From Clostridia bacterium (GTDB taxonomy: Bacteria; Bacillota; Clostridia; TANB77; CAG-465): 64,000 nucleotides of DNA. Positions 57,200 through 64,000 of this stretch are shown here, in pieces. The notes under the pieces were generated by a model. That model saw nothing but the letters and a program-made list of their open reading frames with translations, ran no database searches and was not told the origin of the DNA. The stretch is from NCBI GenBank assembly GCA_017536445.1, contig JAFXHJ010000002.1, forward strand, positions 49,467-113,466. The letters run 5' to 3'. Position numbers and translations under genes: made by a program. Position 1 is the first letter of the stretch. Each line of letters starts with the position of its first letter.

Positions 57200-59824
57200 C
57201 TATTTGTTTGCTATAGCTGCTTGAGCTGCTGCTAAACGAGCAATAGGTACTCTGAATGGAGAACATGAAACATAAGTAAGACCTACTTTGTGACAGAACT
57301 CAATAGTAGAAGGATCTCCACCGTGTTCACCACAAATTCCAAGTTTAATGTCAGGTCTTGTAGTTCTTCCAAGTTTAGCTGCCATATCTACTAATTTACC
57401 AACACCATTTTGATCTAATCTTGCGAATGGATCTTGTTCGTAAATTTTCTTGTCATAGTAGTAATTTAAGAATTTACCAGCATCGTCACGGCTAAATCCA
57501 AATGTCATTTGTGTTAAGTCGTTTGTACCAAATGAGAAGAATTCAGCTTCTTTAGCGATTTCGTCAGCTGTAACAGCTGCTCTTGGTATTTCTATCATTG
57601 TTCCTACTTTATAGTGCATATCGCTACCAGCTTCTTTAATTAAAGCGTCAGCAGTTTCTACAACTATTGATTTAACGTAAGCTAATTCTTTAACTTCTCC
57701 AACAAGTGGGATCATTATTTCAGGAACTATGTTCCAATCTGGATGTTTAGCTGCAACGTTTAATGCTGCTCTAATAACAGCTTTAGTTTGCATTTCTGCA
57801 ATTTCAGGATAAGAAACTGCAAGACGGCATCCTCTGTGTCCCATCATTGGGTTGAATTCATGTAAAGAAGCGATAACGTTCTTTAAGTGTTCAACTGTTA
57901 TATTTAATTCACCAGCTATTTCTACAATATCTTTTTCTTCTGTTGGAAGGAATTCATGTAGAGGTGGATCTAAGTAACGAATTGTTACTGGGTGGCCTTC
58001 CATAGCTTCATATAAAGCTTCGAAGTCACCTTGTTGCATTGGAAGTATTTTATCTAATGCTTTTCTTCTTGCTTCTTCGTTGTCTGAAACAATCATTTCT
58101 CTAACAGCTTTGATTCTGTCAGTCTCGAAGAACATGTGCTCTGTACGGCATAGACCTATACCTTCTGCTCCGAAAGTTCTAGCTTGTTTAGCATCTCTTG
58201 GAGTATCTGCATTTGTTCTAACTTGAAGTGTTCTGAACTCATCAGCCCATCCCATTATTGTTCCAAAGTCACCTGAGATAGAAGCTTCAACTGTTGGTAT
58301 AGCTTCTCCATAGATTTTACCTGTAGAACCATCAAGAGAAATATAATCTCCTTCATGGAATGTTTTTCCGCCTAAAGAGAATACTTTAGCTTCTTCGTCT
58401 ATAACGATTTCGCCACAACCAGATACACAGCAAGTACCCATACCACGAGCAACAACTGCTGCGTGAGATGTCATACCACCACGAACTGTTAAGATACCTT
58501 GAGCTGCATTCATACCTTCGATATCTTCTGGAGAAGTTTCAAGTCTTACAAGAACAACTTTTTCTCCTTTTTCTTTCCATTCAACAGCTGCACCAGCAGT
58601 AAATACTACTTTACCACAAGCTGCACCTGGAGAAGCTGGAAGAGCTTGGCCAATTGCTGTAGCTGCTTTTAAAGCTGTCGCATCAAATCCTGGATGTAGA
58701 AGAGAATCTAGGCTCTTAGCATCTATCATTGATACTGCTTTTTCTTTAGAAATTTTACCTTCGTTAACTAGGTCAACAGCTATTTTTAGAGCTGCAGCGG
58801 CAGTTCTTTTACCATTTCTAGTTTGAAGCATGTAAAGTTTTCCGTTTTCAATTGTGAATTCCATATCTTGCATATCTGCATAGTGGTCTTCAAGTCTTGA
58901 AGAAATTGAAACGAATTCTTCGTATGCGTGAGGCATAACTTCTTTTAATTGATCAATTGTTTGTGGAGTTCTTATACCTGCAACAACGTCTTCACCTTGT
59001 GCATTCATTAAGAATTCACCATATAATTTCTTTTCACCTGTAGAAGGGTTACGAGTAAATGCAACACCTGTTCCAGAAGTTTCTCCCATATTTCCAAATA
59101 CCATCATTTGAACGTTTACTGCTGTTCCCCATGATGAAGGAATATCATTCATTCTTCTGTAGTATATAGCTCTTGGGTTGTCCCATGATCTAAATACTGC
59201 TTTTATAGCTTCTAGAAGTTGAACTTTTGGATCGGTAGGGAATTCTTCACCTTTAGCTTCTCTATAGCAAGCTTTGAAACGAACAACAAGTTCTTTCATA
59301 TCAGCTGCATCAAGTTCAGTATCTAGCTTAACGCCTTTAGCTTCTTTCATTTCGTCAATGATTTTTTCAAAGTAGCTCTTTGGAACTTCCATAACTACGT
59401 CTGAGAACATTTGAACGAAACGACGATAAGAATCGTAAGCAAAACGAGGATTGTTTGTTAAAGCAGCAAAGCCTTCAACAACTTCGTCGTTTAATCCTAG
59501 GTTAAGGATTGTGTCCATCATACCTGGCATAGAAGCTCTAGCACCAGAACGAACAGATACAAGAAGTGGATTCTCAACACTTCCAAATTTTTTACCAGAA
59601 AGTTCTTCTAGTTTTGTAAGATTTGCAAATACTTCGTCAACGATTTCAGGAGCAATTTCTTTTCCATCATCATAGTAACGAGTACAAGCTTCAGTTGTAA
59701 CAGTGAATCCTTGAGGAACAGGCATTCCTAAATTAGTCATTTCTGCTAAGTTAGCACCTTTACCACCAAGAAGTTCTCTTTGTTTACCGTTACCTTCTGA
59801 AAATTGATAAACGTATTTTGTCAT
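57200..59824 (-). CDS. ppdK: pyruvate, phosphate dikinase
   Basis: 874 aa. N-terminal ATP-grasp 'GGKGANLAEM'. Phosphohistidine 'GGMTSHAAVVARGMG'. C-terminal PEP-utilising TIM barrel with catalytic Cys (LGICGEHGG). Confidence 0.95.
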   Translation of the reverse strand: MTKYVYQFSEGNGKQRELLGGKGANLAEMTNLGMPVPQGFTVTTEACTRYYDDGKEIAPEIVDEVFANLTKLEELSGKKFGSVENPLLVSVRSGARASMPGMMDTILNLGLNDEVVEGFAALTNNPRFAYDSYRRFVQMFSDVVMEVPKSYFEKIIDEMKEAKGVKLDTELDAADMKELVVRFKACYREAKGEEFPTDPKVQLLEAIKAVFRSWDNPRAIYYRRMNDIPSSWGTAVNVQMMVFGNMGETSGTGVAFTRNPSTGEKKLYGEFLMNAQGEDVVAGIRTPQTIDQLKEVMPHAYEEFVSISSRLEDHYADMQDMEFTIENGKLYMLQTRNGKRTAAAALKIAVDLVNEGKISKEKAVSMIDAKSLDSLLHPGFDATALKAATAIGQALPASPGAACGKVVFTAGAAVEWKEKGEKVVLVRLETSPEDIEGMNAAQGILTVRGGMTSHAAVVARGMGTCCVSGCGEIVIDEEAKVFSLGGKTFHEGDYISLDGSTGKIYGEAIPTVEASISGDFGTIMGWADEFRTLQVRTNADTPRDAKQARTFGAEGIGLCRTEHMFFETDRIKAVREMIVSDNEEARRKALDKILPMQQGDFEALYEAMEGHPVTIRYLDPPLHEFLPTEEKDIVEIAGELNITVEHLKNVIASLHEFNPMMGHRGCRLAVSYPEIAEMQTKAVIRAALNVAAKHPDWNIVPEIMIPLVGEVKELAYVKSIVVETADALIKEAGSDMHYKVGTMIEIPRAAVTADEIAKEAEFFSFGTNDLTQMTFGFSRDDAGKFLNYYYDKKIYEQDPFARLDQNGVGKLVDMAAKLGRTTRPDIKLGICGEHGGDPSTIEFCHKVGLTYVSCSPFRVPIARLAAAQAAIANK

Positions 59825-59980
59825 TTTCTGACCTCCTAATGATTAAATTAGCGTAGCAGTAAGCTACGACTTCAACGGCTATTATATCAAAAACATTGTG
59901 TAAAATCTAGACCTAAATGTAAAAAAATGTGTGATGTAGAGAAACAAGGACAAAATATAGCGTATATACTACATTAGGTG

Positions 59981-60250
59981 ATGAAAATGAGTATAGTTTT
60001 AGAGGTAATAATCTATATAATTTTAGTATTTGGAATAATAATAACAACAATAGCTTTTATGGAAGAAGGACTAAAGAAGAATGAAAGATATATAAGAGTG
60101 AGACGTGAAGACGCAAAAGTAATACTCACATTAAAAGTAGAAGGTATGACTAAAGAAGATGAATTATTAATAGCAGATGTAATAGAACAAGGAAAGTTTG
60201 AAAATGTATATGATGTAGTAGATGAATATACATTAGAAAATAACGGTTGA
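59981..60250 (+). CDS. small membrane protein (hypothetical)
   Basis: One TM helix (IVLEVIIYIILVFGIIITTIAF). Confidence 0.45.
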   Translation: MKMSIVLEVIIYIILVFGIIITTIAFMEEGLKKNERYIRVRREDAKVILTLKVEGMTKEDELLIADVIEQGKFENVYDVVDEYTLENNG

Positions 60251-60310
60251 AATTTACATAATATGTGATATAATATAGTGGTAAAAAATATTAATAAAAG
60301 GAGACTAACT

Positions 60311-60757
60311 ATGTCACAGGTTAAACGGAATTTTAAAAAGAACGACGAGGTCTATGTAGTAGACTACTGGGGAACAGAAAAAGGTTCGGCAGCGTTTTCT
60401 GCAAGAGCCCTTATAATCGATGTTGATGAAGAAAAGCAAACATTCTGCGGCGTGCTTTATGGTGATACATACCAAACGTACAGCTTTGCAGACTATGGAA
60501 GACTGATTTTTGATACTTCCATCGAAGCAAATGAAGCTGCAAGCAAACTGCCGAAACCCGGAGATATTGCATATCAAAGGATAGGAAACCGAGTATACAA
60601 AAAGCAAGTGGATTCTATCGGCGGTGGCTATGTAAACAATGTATACGATCTCAAAATTTGTTTCAAACGTGGTAAGAGTGTATCTACCAAGGAAATGGGA
60701 GTAACAGTTTTCCTTGATGAAGCTGCTGCAAGAGAAAATAAAAAACAGGGAGAGTAA
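60311..60757 (+). CDS. hypothetical protein in higher-GC islet
   Basis: RBS aaggagact. GC content visibly higher than surroundings. Confidence 0.5.
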   Translation: MSQVKRNFKKNDEVYVVDYWGTEKGSAAFSARALIIDVDEEKQTFCGVLYGDTYQTYSFADYGRLIFDTSIEANEAASKLPKPGDIAYQRIGNRVYKKQVDSIGGGYVNNVYDLKICFKRGKSVSTKEMGVTVFLDEAAARENKKQGE

Positions 60758-60758
60758 C

Positions 60759-61223
60759 ATGAGCTATATGGTAAAAGTTAAATGCAATGTATCAGATGCT
60801 ATTTTTGAGCTACCGCCATTAAGAAATAATCTTGCTTCGGCCTTTGTTACGCAAGGTAATCTTGTAAAAGAAAGGTATGATGAGATTTATGACTATCTTA
60901 GAGAGCATGGCTTGGAAGCAAGCGAGCTGTTGTCATACAACAATCTGCATTCTCTATTTAAGGTGTATGTTCACAAGGCGCTTATCAACGAAGCAGTTCA
61001 AAGAATATTCGATGTTGAGAGAAACGAATACAATATGATAGAGGTGTTGTCGGATTTGGTATCTGATAGAAAACTTCGCGAATATGTGTATGGCGAACCT
61101 ATGGTACGGGCTTTTGCACATGCAATAAGAACACTGCCAAATGACGATTCTGTTGAAGCGGTTTCGCATGGAAGTACAATTCTCATTCTTGAAAAGAAGT
61201 TTCTTAACGACCGCAAAATTTAA
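60759..61223 (+). CDS. hypothetical protein in higher-GC islet (coupled to previous)
   Basis: RBS cagggagag. Starts 2 nt after the previous stop. Confidence 0.5.
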   Translation: MSYMVKVKCNVSDAIFELPPLRNNLASAFVTQGNLVKERYDEIYDYLREHGLEASELLSYNNLHSLFKVYVHKALINEAVQRIFDVERNEYNMIEVLSDLVSDRKLREYVYGEPMVRAFAHAIRTLPNDDSVEAVSHGSTILILEKKFLNDRKI

Positions 61224-61250
61224 ACAAAAAACATTGGAAAGAAAACAAAA

Positions 61251-61307
61251 AGGCGACTAATTTTAGTCGTCTTTTTTGTTGACATATCCATACCTTCTTG
61301 ATAAAAT
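61251..61307 (+). promoter_or_regulatory. terminator hairpin (61251-61272) immediately followed by ruvA promoter TTGACA-17-TAAAAT (61279-61307)
   Basis: aggcgactaa/ttagtcgtct stem followed by T-run, then consensus -35 and near-consensus -10. Confidence 0.55.
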
Positions 61308-61336
61308 AAAATAGAATAAATATAAGGGGTAATGGA

Positions 61337-61933
61337 ATGTTTGCATATTTTAAGGGAAGCATCGAGAAAAAAGATGACTTGAAAGTAATAGTAGATGTAA
61401 ACGGTATAGGCTATGAAATATATATGCCAGCCGGAGATATAGATAGATTAAATATAGGGGAAACAACAAAAATACACACATTTACAGATATTAAAGAGGG
61501 GTATATCGGTATATTTGGTTTCTTAGAAGAAGAGGCATTAAGTGTATTTGAAAAGTTAAAAAAAGTAAGTGGAATAGGATCAAAAACAGCACTTGGAGTA
61601 TTATCTCATATGTCACCTAGTGAAGTATGTATGTCTATTGCAAATGAAGATTCTACACTAATTAGCAAGGTGCCAGGCATTGGCGCAAAAACAGCAGCCA
61701 GAATAATTTTAGAATTAAAAGACAAAATACTTAAAGAGACAGATATCAAACCTACAAAGATAGCTTCTAAGAAGGAAACTACAAATAACAGTAAGAACGA
61801 AGCGGTGCTTGCGCTTAAAGTATTAGGGTATACAACAACGCAAATTAATGAAGTTATTGATGAACTAGATATTGAAGGGCTTAAAGTAGAAGAGATAATT
61901 AAAAAAGCACTTTCAAATATGAATAAAAGATAG
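61337..61933 (+). CDS. ruvA: Holliday junction branch migration protein RuvA
   Basis: N-terminal OB domain 'MFAYFKGSIEKKDDL', two HhH motifs (VSGIGSKTALGVL; VPGIGAKTAARI), C-terminal domain III. Confidence 0.9.
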   Translation: MFAYFKGSIEKKDDLKVIVDVNGIGYEIYMPAGDIDRLNIGETTKIHTFTDIKEGYIGIFGFLEEEALSVFEKLKKVSGIGSKTALGVLSHMSPSEVCMSIANEDSTLISKVPGIGAKTAARIILELKDKILKETDIKPTKIASKKETTNNSKNEAVLALKVLGYTTTQINEVIDELDIEGLKVEEIIKKALSNMNKR

Positions 61934-62010
61934 AATATAGTAAATAATGTGATTACATTGAAAATGCTAATATATATGATATATTAAATTTATAAAGAAA
62001 GAGGAAAAAT

Positions 62011-62688
62011 ATGATTGAATTAAAGGGTGTTACAAAAGTTTATGAGCACAATGTCAAAGCTTTAGATAATTTTAGTATAAAGATAGACAAGGGTGAATTT
62101 GTGTTCTTGGCAGGGCCGTCTGGGTCAGGCAAATCTACCTTCTTAAAGTTATTACTTAAAGAAGAATTACCATCAGATGGAACGGTATATGTAAATGGTT
62201 TAAATTTAAATACAATGAAAGAGAAAAAGGTCCCATATATAAGACGAAAAGTGGGTTCAGTATTCCAAGACTTTAGACTTCTTTACGATAGAACTGTATA
62301 TGACAATATACTTCTAGCGTTAAGAGTAATAGATGCATCAAAAGAAGAAATAAAAGTGGCAATTCCAAAAGTTTTAGAACAAGTTGGTCTTAAAGGAAAA
62401 GAAAAATTCTATCCAAATTCATTGTCTGGTGGAGAACAACAAAGAGTTGCTCTTGCAAGAGCTTTAGTTACAAAACCATTAATAATACTTGCAGATGAGC
62501 CTACCGGAAATCTGGATGATGAAACGGCAGAAGGAATAATGAAACTTCTTTATGAAATAAATGCAGATGGTACAACCGTAGTAGTTGTCACTCACGATAA
62601 AAGAATAATAGAAAAAAGTGGTAAAAGAGCAGTCTTTTTAAATGAAGGAAAGATTGTATCAGATAATAAGAGAGGGGGTAACGAATAA
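62011..62688 (+). CDS. ftsE: cell division ATP-binding protein FtsE
   Basis: ABC ATPase motifs [35 protein letters not shown]. Followed by ftsX with TAATG overlap. Confidence 0.9.
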   Translation: MIELKGVTKVYEHNVKALDNFSIKIDKGEFVFLAGPSGSGKSTFLKLLLKEELPSDGTVYVNGLNLNTMKEKKVPYIRRKVGSVFQDFRLLYDRTVYDNILLALRVIDASKEEIKVAIPKVLEQVGLKGKEKFYPNSLSGGEQQRVALARALVTKPLIILADEPTGNLDDETAEGIMKLLYEINADGTTVVVVTHDKRIIEKSGKRAVFLNEGKIVSDNKRGGNE

Positions 62689-64000
62689 TGTCACAAGCTA
62701 CCTACCTAATAAGTGAAGGAATAGATAACCTAGGAAAACATAGGGGCAAAACGATTTCTACAATGTTAATTATTTGTGCAACAATGTTAATATTGGGAGT
62801 GTTCATTGCCTTGTTTATAAACATAGAGAGTAATGTATTATCAGTTACCGAAAATCAAGGGCTTCAAGCATTCATATCTGATGATGTTTTTGAAAGAGAT
62901 ATAAATAATTTGGGCAAGAAAATAAAAGAAATTACTAATGTAAAAAGTGTTAACTATATAGATAAAGATGCTGCATTAGAAGATGCAAAAGCTACATTAA
63001 AAGAATACGATTATCTTTTAGAAGGTATGGAAAATTCAAATCCTTTTCCAAGGTCATTTATAATAACTTTTGAGAATTTAACGGATACGGAAAAAGTAAA
63101 AAAAGCCATCGAAGGAATAGATGGAATATATAAAGTAAGTTATAACGCAAAAATTGTTAATGCAGTTGTAACAATATCTAAGATAGTAAATTATATAATT
63201 CTAGCAGTAGCTGGAGTTATGGTAGTAATATCAATATTTATTGTTTCAAATACAATAAAACTCGCAGTATATTCAAATAAAAGAGAAATATATATAATGA
63301 AGTATATAGGTGCAACACAAAACTTTATAAGAATGCCGTTCGTTATAGAAGGTGTGCTTATTGGAACGATGTCAGCTATAATTTCATGGATAGTTGTATC
63401 TTTAACATATTCAGTAGCGTTCAGATATTTGCCTAAAGTTGGTGAAGAACTTGGAGTGTTTGGATTTATCGGATATTCAAATATGTGGCATATAATTTTA
63501 ATTGCGTTTGCCGTACTTGGAATATTTATGGGTGCTTTAGGAAGTTTAATAGCTACTAAGAAGTATTTAAAAGAATGTGTTCCAGAAAAAACAGGTAAAG
63601 ATATTATATATACAACTATAAAAAACGCAGATGGAACAGAAACTAGAGTTGGAGAATCGAGTAAAGCGAGAAAAGAAAGATTAACATTAGAAAAAAAACA
63701 AGCAAAAGAAGATTTTGCTAGGAAAAAAGAAGAATTAAAGAAAGCTACTCTTAACAAAAAAGATGAAGAGAAGAAGCAAAAAGAAGAATTTAAAAAGCAA
63801 AGAAAAGCAAGACGTCTGTCTATATTACTGATAGCGTTAGTAATATCTTCTGTGTTTACACCGTTTAGTGCGGTTATAGCGAAAACAACGCAAGACAAAA
63901 TAGACGAATTAGATGATCAAGTATCTGAGGCGGCTAAAGAATATAGTCAAGTGACTAAAGACATAAGCATATATGAAGGTGAAATAGCAAGATTAGATTC
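62688..64000 (+). CDS. ftsX: cell division permease FtsX; ORF continues past TM4 without a stop into a signal-peptide + coiled-coil segment (partial, runs off window)
   Basis: Four TM helices, large extracellular loop. After TM4 the frame continues 'KKQRKARRLSILLIALVISSVFTPFSAVIAKTTQDKIDELDDQVSEAAKEY...' with no stop before position 64000. Confidence 0.75.
   Translation, partial: MSQATYLISEGIDNLGKHRGKTISTMLIICATMLILGVFIALFINIESNVLSVTENQGLQAFISDDVFERDINNLGKKIKEITNVKSVNYIDKDAALEDAKATLKEYDYLLEGMENSNPFPRSFIITFENLTDTEKVKKAIEGIDGIYKVSYNAKIVNAVVTISKIVNYIILAVAGVMVVISIFIVSNTIKLAVYSNKREIYIMKYIGATQNFIRMPFVIEGVLIGTMSAIISWIVVSLTYSVAFRYLPKVGEELGVFGFIGYSNMWHIILIAFAVLGIFMGALGSLIATKKYLKECVPEKTGKDIIYTTIKNADGTETRVGESSKARKERLTLEKKQAKEDFARKKEELKKATLNKKDEEKKQKEEFKKQRKARRLSILLIALVISSVFTPFSAVIAKTTQDKIDELDDQVSEAAKEYSQVTKDISIYEGEIARLD

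Noticed and set aside
63191-63898. 235-aa minus-strand ORF
   Set aside because: Antisense to the ftsX reading frame, which has clear TM topology. No RBS.
1-64000. CRISPR arrays / cas genes / rRNA
   Set aside because: No regularly spaced direct repeats and no rRNA-like conserved blocks were seen. The only short tandem repeat is the in-frame hsdS 12-mer.

Overview
Low-GC Firmicute chromosome segment (Clostridia/Tissierellia-like codon usage, AT-rich), split into three parts. (1) Positions 1-22600 are an accessory defence/stress island containing: an ARE-type ABC-F ATPase with an attenuator leader; a class-II Fic AMPylator; a TipAS-GNAT fusion; a rhodanese; a translationally coupled 2-TM (SLATT-like) protein plus a SMODS/CD-NTase-like nucleotidyltransferase (minimal CBASS-like module); a DUF1810 protein; a complete type I R-M locus (hsdM, GIY-YIG insertion, hsdS, PrrC-position P-loop ATPase, hsdR) whose hsdS carries a 12-bp (TAEL)n tandem repeat; two membrane proteins plus an Rx4H HEPN-like protein downstream of hsdR; and an MqsR-like toxin with an MqsA-like antitoxin carrying a C-terminal Panacea(DUF4065)-like domain. 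(2) Positions 22600-28700 are an unusual minus-strand operon: three class-I SAM methyltransferases, a SPOUT methyltransferase, an FAD oxidoreductase, a LOG/SLOG-like protein and a flavoprotein(HFCD)-class II aldolase fusion, next to a NUDIX gene and a fourth methyltransferase. (3) The rest is mostly housekeeping (pflB/pflA flanked by three paralogous 2-TM membrane proteins, an SPFH protein, metG, lepB, holB, ricT, a ferredoxin, ppdK, ruvA, ftsE, ftsX). It is interrupted by a tRNA-Thr/Glu/Lys cluster followed by a T4SS-coupling-protein-like ATPase, pilin/VirB6/VirB3-like membrane proteins and DnaD/DnaI-like replication genes (mobile-element remnant), a tRNA-Pro, and a higher-GC two-gene islet. 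ftsX reads through without a stop into a signal-peptide + coiled-coil segment that looks like the N-terminus of a PcsB/CwlO-type hydrolase. No CRISPR array or rRNA was seen.
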